From the NCBI GenBank assembly GCA_013239625.1, contig MU053472.1:248001-312000 (forward strand): a DNA stretch of 64,000 bases. The letters run 5' to 3'. This document shows positions 52,652 through 64,000 of the stretch, piece after piece. The stretch is from Lama guanicoe (Eukaryota). A program made the translations under genes and the position numbers. The first letter of the stretch is position 1. Each line of letters starts with the position of its first letter. The notes below the pieces were generated by a model that was given only the letters and a program-made list of their open reading frames with translations, ran no database searches and was not told where the DNA came from.

Positions 52652-54469
52652 NTTTTTTTTTTTTTTTTTCACATTTGGGGAGGGAGGTTGGATTTGTTCC
52701 TGAGCTTGTTCTGATTGACCTGTTAAAATAATCTTCTGTGCTCATGTCTTTGTATGTATGTTTGGAACATTCCCAGCTTGGAACCTGTAATGTTCAAGCC
52801 AAGTTTCTTCAGTATGAGGGTATTCTTAAAAGCAGATTATTTCCTCCTTTTGATCTGTAAACTTCCTGTCGGAAAGGAGCAGTATCCCTTTAGAGTGGTT
52901 GTTAAAAGGGGTTAATGTTTGATCAATGAGCTATATTGTTGTTGAGCAAATTGCTGCGTAAACGTATTGGAGAGAATTAAACGGCAGAAACTTCTCCTGT
53001 GCAATTGGCTTTTACTTTATGCTCCTGTTGATCACAGTATCTCTTACTCTCTTAGTTTGAGGGTTAAAAGTACTTTTCGTTGGAGAAATAAGAAGTGGGC
53101 TGGTGAAGAGAGAATAAAACCTAGTGGATTTAATCCCGTTTAGAAACCCTAACTTAACTCTGAAGGGGATACTGTCTCTTAACCCTTGCTATAATTCTTT
53201 GTATGGAAGGTAGATAATACTAATAACATTGCCTGATTTCTCTGCGTATTATTACATTTAGCCCTTTGAGTCCTTGCTGCATATAATTTCAACCAGGCTG
53301 CTTTTGTCCCCCCACTAAATTGAATTTCTCAGCATTGAAGCATCTTGATGTGCAGTCATTAAGATCCTCTGGTTTCGTTGGCAGCAAGAGCTGACCCTCA
53401 TTTGTGACACTCTCAAAGGGTTAGCAAGATTTCTGTAGCTACCTACCTGCCTACCTACCTGTAAAGTAGCTCTTCTTTGACATTGAAAATCTTTGTATTT
53501 TAATCAGCGCCTTATTATTTTTTTGGCTGCTTTTCTGATGTCTTTTTTTCCATTTAGACATTTTCTGTGTGAATGTGCCTTTTTGAACTTGCTTTGGTAT
53601 ATTCCTCTGCAAATACTGATCTGCATGCTTATTCTGATGACTTTTTTTCCAGCTCTTCTGTACCACTCTCTTGTGATCTGTAAGTCCTATGTTAATAAAT
53701 AATTCTTTGGCATATTTTGAAAGTGTGGGGATGTGTGTAATTTGTACTTTTCTAGAGATAGACCAAAGAAATACCTGGTCCATATCAAGTTTAAACCCTC
53801 CTGTGGTTAGAGGATTTTTTCCCTTTTGGTGATTTTGTTTCCTCAAACAACTTTCTCCTGAGAAAGGATTGGGTACATTTTAGCCTTTTCCCCCTGTAAT
53901 TCCACTGATATAAATTTTTAACATGGCACTGGATTAAAATATAACTTTAAACGTTTAAAAAAAAAGCTGTACACCTTCTACTACTTTATGTAATAGAGAG
54001 AGAGAAAATGTACTCCTTTCTTCTAGTGAAGAAACTGGATAGACTTTATTGCTTAGTAAACATCCTCAGAGCTGTCTCCACTAGGAGTTGTACTGTGAAG
54101 AGAGGGGAAAGGTGAAGAGGGAGGCCCAAGAGTTTAGTGTTGAGGAGAGAGGGACACATCTGCTAATAACTGGGTATCTGTCCATTTAATTTAAATTATT
54201 GAATGGTATTGAGAAGGACTTTGGAGCACAGTAAGTGTAGACTGATTGATAATCTCTGTAATGGAAAGTGTTCAGTGTTAATACTGGGAAGTCTTCAGGA
54301 CTGAGTTTGATTTGAGTTTGAAGTTGGGTGCTTGACCCTCCAACTGTCGAGCACATTATCTTTCCAACTTCAGAATGTATTATGAAGCCACTGTCAGTCT
54401 TTTTTAACTTAATCCATAAAGCAAGTTTTAAAACGACTTTAGGGAATGTCTCAGAGTAAACTTTGAACT

Positions 54470-54578
54470 CTTTCTTTTCTTTCCTTTTCCTTCCTTCCTA
54501 ATGGAGTTACTGAGGATTGAACCCAGGGCCTCATGCATGCTAAGCATGAGCTCTACCTCTGAGCTATGCCACTGCCCC
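54470..54578 (-). mobile_element. tRNA-derived SINE (Vic-1-like), antisense
   Basis: gaggattgaacccagggcctcatgcatgctaagc...ctctacctctgagctat is the reverse complement of the SINE head. Confidence 0.8.
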
Positions 54579-57500
54579 AAGTTCTTTTCATTTTTAAGAA
54601 AATAAGTTTAGAAAGACCCACAAAAGTTAGCAACAAAAGCAGGCCAGATTTGGAATTTTTTTTCCACTTTAGAGTATAATAATAGTGAAGAACCTTGGGA
54701 ATACTATTGTTTTTCAAATCAGAAATCCAAGACCAGTAAAAACCTTGGGAAAAAAAACAGTTATTTCCATGGTTTAAATTTTTCTTATATTTTGACGCTT
54801 TAGTAGAGTTCTTTGTTCTTCTTAAAAATTTGAGGCAGGAGATTAAACCACTGAAGGTGAGGATTTTGAATAGGATTCCTGAGAGATTGCTTACAGTATC
54901 TGAAATATTCCATTTAAAGGGGAAAAAAGTTGCATATTGGGGTTTAGATTAACTCTAAGAAAATCTGTGTCTGCTATTCAAAATACCATGTTTTCCAGAG
55001 CATAGTGCTTTAGAAAGTTGAATAATACTTGGTTTCCAAAACCTTGTAAGAACATACGTTTTGATTATGTTGTGTGCTAATTAGGAAGACGGAGATTTTG
55101 GAGTGGCCTCCATCTAGTGATAATACCAGTTGCCCATCATTTAGAATTTTCCAGTGCCATTTATAAGACCAGTCTTGTGGTGGCTTTAGCTAAGGAATTC
55201 CTTTGTCAGTGGAATTATTTAGTGCTGGATTGGTCTGTCTGGGACTTCTTTATTTTAATTCCTTTCTGCATTTGATCAGGCTGCAGAAAATAACTGAATA
55301 TAATTGTGCATAAAACATAATCACATTCGCAAATTGAGCAGTTGTTTCCAGAGTAACATGACTTTGTAGGGAGGAAGTTTTACTAATACGTGTAATAATA
55401 CAAACTTGCAGTAGGGACTTGAAGAACTCTATTCTGTAAGTTCCAACAAACAAACAAAAATACGGTTTTGTTTACCCCAATGCCCAAGTAAAGTAAGATA
55501 TGGTTAGTGCTTGACTTCACATATCAGTGTCTGAGAAATTATACAAATGTATTTATATTTTACATTCTATTTTGCACATTAAAATCCCTGCTGATTTTTA
55601 ACAGTAGCTAATGAACATGTAGGGGATACTGGCAATATCAAAGAAGCTGCACCGAATAGCTCAAAGAATCAAAGGATTCTTCCAGCTTTGTTTTTCCATC
55701 AGTTGAATACTTTTGATAAGTTGCTTTATCTATATAGGATCAGAGAGAGAGAGAGTCGTGTGCATAGCAGGGTCTCCTGGGTGCTGCCCTCTCCCTGGCA
55801 TGGCCGAAAGGCTCCAGTTGTGATTGCCATCCTCTGTGCTTGATGTTTTTCAGATGAGGTCTTTAGTGATGCCCGTGAGCAGTCCCAGTGTCTATCCTGG
55901 CACCATTCCTTGGCCTTCCAGCCTCCTCTGACTGAAAATATCCACAGGATTGCCACTTTCCTTTACTGACCCAGAAACTGAAGGTGCTTGCTGATAGCCT
56001 GGACAGCATTTAAACCACAGATTTATATGAGTCATTGCAAATGAAGAATGGGAGGTTTTTATGCAGATTAGAAAACACTGGAAGGCAGTTACACAGCAGT
56101 ATGTTATGACCTGTCATGCTTACTACACTGTGATCACTGTCATTGCTGTTTTGTACAGTAGCACCTATTAGGGTGTTTGATACTTAGAGGACACAGTCAG
56201 ACCAAGTTTTATGGTTAATGGAGAACATGAGTATGACTGATCTCAGAAGGTAGAGTAAGGCTAGGAATGGAAAGAAGTTTATCAGTATTTCATAAGTTGC
56301 TTTGGTAAGTGGAGTTTGGATTAAATCAGTATTGGAAAATTAAAAGTTATTTCTTCCTTAGTCCAGTGATCATTTTTATTGCTCTGTAAAGCAGTAGGGA
56401 ATAGTGGAATTTGCACATGTATCTCTTCTTCTGAACCCCTTTTTCAAAAGCCAGTAACTCTTAACCACTGGGCATAGCCTTGCAGCCTTAGAAAATGTCC
56501 ACTGGGGTAGGTATGGCCTTTTGTGTCCTGTGGTGGCAGTTCACAGTCTTTGTTCCAAGAAATACCTTGTTTTCATGTACAGCCTTCATTCAGAAGCGTA
56601 TGAATAGAGGTTGTGGAAGAGACGGATAGGGTTACTTGCCAGCATAAGCGCCAGCATAAGCAAGAAATCCATCTCTTGATTTGAGACCCATAATGGAAAG
56701 CAGATTGTATAGTTTATTCTTTCGGCCTTAGTAATAGCACATTGCTGGTTGCAAACAAATACGTATATTAAAGCACACTATTTGGTGCATTCTCTGTGTG
56801 CAATTGCAGTTCAACCTAGCACAGCCTGAGAGTTCTCCAGTCGAATTGGAAGTACAGATTCTCTGTTCCTTTTATTGCATCTATTCTGTTTCCTTTTCGT
56901 TTTTCTCTTGCAATTTCTACAATTCACCTATCAAACTGCAAAATAAAGTGTGTGCTATTCCATATTATTTTTTTAGGTAGGGCTTCCATCACTCATGTTG
57001 TAGGTTTTATAGCATCTTTAATATTTTTAAGATCATCATACAATAATATGTATCATTTGACTGCTTAGGAAGCAGAACTATTAACATGGGAAATGAGGAA
57101 TTTTCTTGATTTAACCTACCCTCAGTAAACTGATTTACCACATTTTTCTTAGAAAATGACTTACTAACATTCACCATGCCAGGAAATACTGCTCTATTTT
57201 TATATTATTTATAAATACTAAGGTTAGGAATACAGTGTTCTCATGTTGCTTATGTAATAGGAATACTTCCTTATGTGTTCAGATGAATTGCACTTTAATT
57301 TTTTATACTATATATAGCCAATAAATAAACAAAAGTAAAATTTAAAAATCAACCTTGAGGCTTTACTTTCGTATAGCCTGTATAATTACTTTTCATTATT
57401 TTTTTAACATAAAATATTTGGCTTTCAGTCTTTCATTTGGTCATTTCTGTGAGTTACTCCAAAAGGCAAAATGTTATAGTTATTATCATTTTTAATAAAA

Positions 57501-58729
57501 ATAAGATTTGCTGAAGACCTCTAAAAGCCCTGCAGCTGAGATATTCCCTTATTGCTTATAATGCGTTTTAGCTGATACTATTACAGTGACTTCTGTTTTT
57601 AAAAACAACAGCAACAACTTGTTTTTTCTTGCTACGTAATTACACAAAAGGGTCTTTTTTTTTTTTACCATAGCAACTTAGTTGTAATGTTTGAACAAGA
57701 GCTTAACTTTTTATTAAATTTATCTTTGGTCTCTAGAAAAATGGCTACCCTTTTAGCAGATGAGATTCAGGGAGTAGTTCATAATTCAGCGTCTTCAGAG
57801 AGCTTTCAGTTAGGACCTAGTAATAAAAATAGTCATATTGTGAAACATTCTTCTGAATGTATCCCCTGAAGACTCATCTGGTGTTTAACTGCATCTGCCT
57901 CCTGATTGAATTTCCCCTCACTTGAGTCAGGGCACCTTCTGATCCCTTTAAATAGTGAGGAAAACAGACAGTATAGCCAGAGACCAAGAAAGCATTCCGC
58001 CGAAAGTCTTGTTTCATTCATTCTAAACTGTACATTTTTCCACATGAATCTTGGTTTTTTTTGGCTCCTGTTTAAGAAGCTAAATTTGAAGGGGACAGTC
58101 TGCACTACAGAATTTTTAAATATACTGCCCTGTGAAAGCTACCTGCTTTTCACTGATTGACCTTTTTGTGCATCTGGGGTTTTCCATTTTTATTATTAAT
58201 TCAGCACACTTTTCCTAATAGGGTTTAAGGAGAGAGAGAGAGATCTGGGGTGTGCCATTAGAAGAGCAGTGACCAGAGCCCCGACCTCTCATCAACTCCG
58301 CAGCCTTGCTGCACACAAAAGACCACGTGACCCAGCGTAGGCTCGCCTGTTGACCAAATTAGGAAAATCTGGGTCACAAACATTTTGAGCATTTTCCTTG
58401 TAAGCCATATTTGTAGTTGTCAGGGAGAGAATCTTGCATTTGGCCTCCTTACCTCGTATACAGTGACTGAAAAGAAACTAAACACCTGTCAGCCAGACTG
58501 AACGGATGGCGCTACTGGAAGGGTGGCTTCTCCACACCAGCGTGACTTAGCCTCAGCTGGTTCTGCTCTATGAAAATGGGCAAGAAACTTTGCCTACTAA
58601 GACCATTAAAGTGATGGTTTGACTTTTCATTTTTACTTGGAAATAATTCTGTTGTAGGCCCTAAAGTAGCAACTGAAAATCAAATTGAGGCTGCTGGCAA
58701 CTCCGCTGTATCATAATTGCTGTATTGCT

Positions 58730-58930
58730 CACCAGGCGCTGGGCGGGGCCGTCTATACATGATCAGTTCATGTCACAACTCAGCCCTTCCAAGTACACGG
58801 TCTTCTCTCTTTACAGCTAAGCAAACCGAGGTTGAGAAATGTTAAATGGTGTGTCTAGTGTCACACAGGTGGTAGGTGCCAGAGCTGGGAGTTGAGCCCA
58901 GGTCTGTCTAAATCAAAAACCTACATTCTG
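58730..58930 (-). mobile_element. MIR SINE (antisense)
   Basis: tttacagctaagcaaaccgagg...gtcacacagg...gccagagctgggagttgagcccaggtctgtc. Confidence 0.7.
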
Positions 58931-59751
58931 TTTTATGCCTTCTCTTAAATTAGACATGTGTTAAGAATGTAAAATGAGTCTTCTGCCCCAGCATTTCTTT
59001 TTTTTCCTTTTTCCTTTTTTTTTTTGTGAGGGGGTCACACATAGTTGAAGGAGAAGCAGGAGCCCAAGAGGACCCAGCCTTTGATTCTACTTTTTAGGGA
59101 CTAAAATAGTTTAGATTGATTTTTCTTTCCTCATACTCCATCACAGCAATATGACGTCCATATTGACCAAAATAACATCTAGGTAAGTAACTGCTTAATT
59201 AAAATCTCACGTTTGGCTTTACCTGAGACAGAAACTCCTAATGATTTGATTAAAAGTTAGATAGCATTATTTTCACATTAGTCTTGAGAAATTGCCGATT
59301 TTTAATTAGTCTGTCATGTCCATTTCATATGACCATGTTATAAAAGAACATTTTCCCACAAAGTCAAAAAGAGATGTGTTATAGGCAGGGAATACTGTAA
59401 ATATATTTGAAAGTTTATAAATTAACGGACAATTTATTTAATGACCCTTTTCTTATATCAAACAGTATATATATTGGTGTATGAACCTATCTTTTTTTAG
59501 TAATTTTAATATCCAAAGAAAATGGCTCTTTGTTACTAAATATAAATGCAAGCTTAAAGCTAATGTAAGGGTTTTTAAAGATCAGATTTTATAGCCCAGC
59601 TCCTTTAATTTTAGTACAAGCTCTAAATTTAGTTAACTTCAACGTAGCATAGAGTGAATCAACTATACTGGATATTTTGCTTCTGCAGTTTAGGGCATTT
59701 TGCCTGAATCGTGAGCTTGCCTCTAATTGTGGGGTCTTATTTCCCTTTCAG

Positions 59752-60345
59752 ATATAGAGGACTTAAAATATGCTGCTTTTGGAACCTGCAGCAGCAGTTT
59801 TGCAGTGAGCACACTCACGAGCTATGACTGGGCAGACAGGGATGATGCCTCTCAGGGCAGAACACTCCCCCCATTTGTCCTCTCAGCAGGAAGCGGAGCA
59901 CCTGCAGCTGCCTCAGTTCTTCAAAAGAAGGAGACCTCGTTTGGCAGTTCCGAAAACCTCACTGTGACATCTCTCTCCAAAGTCACAACCTTTGCAAGTG
60001 AGGACGCTCTTCCAGAGACTCCCTTTCCAGCTTTTGCCAGTTTTACAGATGTGATTCCGCGGGCCAGCGAGCAAAAGGAATATGAAAGCGGGGACTATAA
60101 GGATTTCACAAGACAGGACCTGCCTGCAGCTGAACGGAGCCAGGAGACCACGCGCCCAAGCCCAGCCTCCAGCAGCGCGTCTCACGACACCCCCAAGGAA
60201 TGTGCAGATGACTTTGGGGAGTTTCAAAGTGAAAAGCCCAAAATCAGCAAGTTTGACTTTTTAGTGGCCAGTTCACAAGGCAAAGTGAAATCCAGTGAAG
60301 AAATGATCAAAAGTGAGCTGGCAACCTTTGACCTTTCTGTCCAAG
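59752..60345 (+). CDS. SYNRG: SYNRG exon 15
   Basis: ttcag|atatag...ccaag|gtgagt. 594 nt. DIEDLKYAAFG...ADDFGEFQSEKPKISKFDFLV...ATFDLSVQ. Confidence 0.95.
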
Positions 60346-61430
60346 GTGAGTGGCTTTCAACGTAGATTTTATGGTCGTGGTTTCTTCCACTGCGGTGTTA
60401 GATGTTCTTTCTTAGAATAAGAAGTTGGTCCCCGGGTTAGCAGGAAATAGATTTTCCAGTGTTTAAAATCAGTCAATTACAGATAGCCATAAAAAATGGT
60501 TTCCCTGAGATTGAACTGAAATTAAACCAGTATCCCTCAGATAAAGGCTTTTGGGGCTAAAAATAAGCAGAGCACACAGTGTGTTGTTCATTTGCTTGTT
60601 TTGGCCAGAGAATGGTTTGATCCCTTCATGGGCCAGTGAGCTCTGCTCTTGTTCCCCGGCTGCAGACTGTATCTTTTGGTCCAGAGGCTGCAACAAGGTA
60701 GCTGTTGTAGGATCTGGATTCCATGTGCAGACCCACACGGAAGATTTTTTAATATGTGAAGCAATTGTAAATATATAAAAATCTTGACACTTCACAGCCT
60801 GTATTTCTAGCTTTTCTTGAAAAGTCGTAATATCTGGCAGTAGTCAGCCTGCATTCCCACCTCTTGATGATGAGTGGGAGCTGAGTAGCAATGCCCCCTC
60901 TAACAGATGAGGTGTGCGCTCCCCAGTGTCACAGTCACCACCACTTCCATCTCCACCTGACCTGCTCTGGTCATTTACTTGACTTACATGCTCTCTGAAG
61001 GCATTTGAGTTTGCCCCCTTTTGCTTTAATCCCATCCGGCAGAAGAGCTCATTGATTTCCATTAGATTGAGGGAGATGGAGAAAGTTGGTGCAAATCCGT
61101 AACTAATGACTGGAAAAGCAACATACCTCTTTCGCACTGATACTTAGAAAGACACTTTTGTCCTCCAGACTGCAGTGATTCTGCATTTAGGATTACGGAA
61201 GAATTGTGATAAATTGGAGAAGAGTAATGGAGAAAATGAAAGGCAGGGAACCCAAGCAAGGGAGAACCATTCAAAGGGTTCAGCTCGTAGCTTGCCTGAC
61301 AGAGTGAGGGGTGTGTTTCTGAGCGCCTTCTGACCCAAACATCTGAAGAAGAGGGTCATGTTAGCAAGGAGGAGCCTCTGCTTGAACTAAACTGAGTAGT
61401 CAGGACCTCTGTGCCATCTCCTGCCCCCAG

Positions 61431-61594
61431 GGTCACACAAGAGGAGCCTGAGCCTTGGTGATAAAGAAATAAGCCGTACTTCCCCTTCCCCGGCTCTGGA
61501 GCAGCCCTTCAGAGACCGCTCCAACACGCTGAGCGAGAAGCCCGCGCTGCCTGTCATCCGCGACAAGTACAAAGACCTGACGGGGGAGGTGGAG
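61431..61594 (+). CDS. SYNRG: SYNRG exon 16
   Basis: cccag|ggtcac...gtggag|gtgagc. GSHKRSLSLGDKEISRTSPSPALEQPFRDRSNTLSEKPALPVIRDKYKDLTGEVE. Confidence 0.95.
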
Positions 61595-62295
61595 GTGAGC
61601 GGGGCTCCTTGTCCGCGGGGGCGGGGGGCGGGTGAAAGACGCACCCCAAGAAGACGCGCTTGCAGCTTTCACCTGGGGAAGTGAGGGGCAGAAGGTCACA
61701 GGCACCAGACATAAAGCGTGTAATTAAAGTGAGAGAATAGTGACATTAGCCCTGGATGAAAATGCCTCCCAGGCGTGGTGTCGCTGAAAGTAGTTAGTGA
61801 CCCTAAAGCTGAAATTCCTTGTGGGCCCTCACAAGGAGGGAAGTGTGTAAGGGAGTTCTTTTTGAGCATGTGGACTGTCTCATCCTAGTGAATGGTAAAA
61901 CATCAAAATAGAGGAGGGGGGAAATGTTCTGGATCTTCTGTTTATGTCTGCTGCATCTTCAGGACGCGCATGGTTTGATGTGAGCTCTTGTCCTAGACGC
62001 CTGCATGGTGAGTACCTTGAAAGAAGTTTCTGCTACTCATGGAACAGATGAGGCAACATGTGTGAAGGGAATCGATCAGGAAGCATTTCCCTCAGATTCA
62101 CAAATCATGGGCTTGAAAGTTGCATTTATCAGGAATTTAAAATTGCCATTAGTGGCTTCAAAAGATAAACAGTAGTACTTGAACTGGAGTGATTCTCATA
62201 AACAGGAAGTCTTCAGTACTCTGAAGAGACAGAAGGCATAAACAGGATTCCAGGCGAGTCTGTGTGTAACCCAGAACTTCTTATAAAATTCACAG

Positions 62296-62349
62296 GAGAA
62301 TGAGAGATACGCATATGAATGGCAGAGATGTCTGGGGAGTGCCCTCGAG
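62296..62349 (+). CDS. SYNRG: SYNRG exon 17
   Basis: cacag|gagaat...ctcgag|gtgagt. ENERYAYEWQRCLGSALE. Confidence 0.92.
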
Positions 62350-62846
62350 GTGAGTATGTCACTCTTGTGGTGGTCACACGTATGGAAACGCCTCTTGTGT
62401 CATTTTGCCTTCTTGGTTCATTTGGATGGACAGAGAGCTCTACCTTGATGGCCTTGACGGCCCTGTGCAAAGGGAAGCTGTGTGGAAAGTCGTACTTCTT
62501 AAGTGAGGCTGCTTTCACATTTTTAACAGCAGACACAGCTCATTTGTCCCTTGTGTCCTCTTCTGTCCCTGTGTTTAAGAAATAATAATGATATCATTAT
62601 CTCTGCCTAAGTGAAAATAATATTAAAGCTAAAGAACCTCTGTCTTTCTTCTTCCCCCCAAAAATGGAGGATCTTTTCTTCAATGTCAAGATGAACTTCT
62701 CAGATTTGTTTCAGCGTAGTCATCTACATACATCAGTCCTGCTTTGTCACCCCTCCTGGCTTTCCTTTGGACTTTCTGCTAATCGTAAATTGGTTTGTAA
62801 TGACTTTTCTTGATTATATAAGCTGATGTGATTTCATTTCTTGTAG

Positions 62847-62943
62847 GTCATTAAGAAGGCAAATGATACCTTAAATGGAATCAGCAGTAGTTCTGTGTGC
62901 ACAGAAGTAATTCAGTCAGCCCGAGGCATGGAGTATTTATTAG
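62847..62943 (+). CDS. SYNRG: SYNRG exon 18 (gene continues beyond the window)
   Basis: tgtag|gtcatt...tattag|gtatgt. VIKKANDTLNGISSSSVCTEVIQSARGMEYLL. Confidence 0.95.
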
Positions 62944-63269
62944 GTATGTTCTTTTAGATTTTACTTTCCCCAAATCATGGCACTTTGTGATCCTTTCAGT
63001 TGTCCCTATGTTAGTAGTTTAATCTAGCTCGCTCAAGCTACTGTGGCTTCATTAAGTAGCATCTGCATTTGTAGATAAGACCCTTAAGTCACAGACAGGA
63101 ATAACTATTTGACTTAAGGTCTCTGTGGCCAAACTTCCCAGTCCTTATGCTATACATATGTTTGTATGTGTGTAAAATTACATATTACTGGTTTATCAGG
63201 GTCTGAACTAGATGAGGCACTAAAATTAAATCCCTGGGTCTCCAATCAGTTCTTACCATGCCATGTTGA

Positions 63270-63730
63270 ATTCTTCCTCCCTATCCCTTACTAACATCCC
63301 AGGTTCCTCAGCTTCCTGCCTACCTTCAGTTGTCAAACATCCCAGTCCAACTTGAAACCTCCATCTCTGTCCAGTCCAGTGATCCTCTTCTCCCCAAGCT
63401 CAGGCTTGTCCCATGGCCACAGCCACGTGCCCTGGACCCTAATGTTTTTGAGATCTTTAGTCACCTTCTAAGTGAGGTCTTCCTGGTCTCCCTTACTCAA
63501 AACTGTTTCCCCGTCCCTACCCTGGCACTTCCTATCCCTGTCCCTGTTTGGTTGTCTCCCTAGCCCTAATACCTTTAATATCTTAAATAGTTTATCTCCC
63601 TCCCTCCACTGGAATGAAGCTCCAGGAAGGGAGGGATTTGGGTCTCTCTCATTCACAGCTGTGTCTTCAGCCCCTGGACTGCTGTCTAGCACGTAGTAGT
63701 CACTCACTAATACTTGCTGAACGAGTGGCT
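63270..63730 (+). mobile_element. L2 LINE 3' fragment
   Basis: ctccactggaatgaagctccaggaagggagggatttgg...cacgtagtagtcactcactaatacttgctgaacga. Confidence 0.65.
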
Positions 63731-64000
63731 GTGAAGGGATGTGGGCTCCCCTTTACTCCTGCCATCTTGCTCTCTGGTTCCTTTTTCCTTCTCAGATAGG
63801 CACAGTTCTGCTTCATAAACAAGTGTTCACTGGGTAATGGGTTGCCTGTCTTTCCTTCTGGTAGTGTCCTAGTATGAAAGATGGTCTTAGAAGCCCCTCA
63901 CTTGGCTTAGAGTGGGCAGTAGTTCCTGCCCTTCCCCTGGGGAAGAAGGGACAGTCCATAGTGCTGTATACAGGCTGAGGAGGTACCACTGAAGACCCCC

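Noticed and set aside
52596..52690. T/G homopolymer block as a G-quadruplex or functional repeat
   Set aside because: Flanks an N gap and is likely low-quality read ends.
1..64000. Prokaryotic systems (CRISPR arrays, operons, defence islands)
   Set aside because: The sequence is intron-rich mammalian DNA with no repeat-spacer array or operon-like ORF packing.

Overview
Mammalian genomic DNA, most likely a camelid judging from five Vic-1-like tRNA-derived SINEs and the style of the young L1 3' ends (inference). The window holds the last two coding exons and 3' UTR of DDX52 (+ strand). About 3 kb downstream on the same strand are the CpG-island promoter and exons 1-18 of SYNRG (synergin gamma / AP1GBP1), which continues past the window end. 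All called SYNRG exons have AG/GT boundaries and splice in frame. One extra in-frame cassette exon lies between exons 6 and 7. Introns contain L1, L2, MIR, MaLR/ERV LTRs, a MER53-like element and SINEs, including a multi-level nested TE stack in intron 3 with readable target-site duplications (TSDs). I see no convincing evidence for a wholly new biological system. The best leads are candidate unannotated microexons and intronic terminal exons, a CLEAR-type promoter, a repeated [D/T]KYxxΦ motif and a miR-378-like MIR segment. Gene and repeat family names come from recall, not from a database search.
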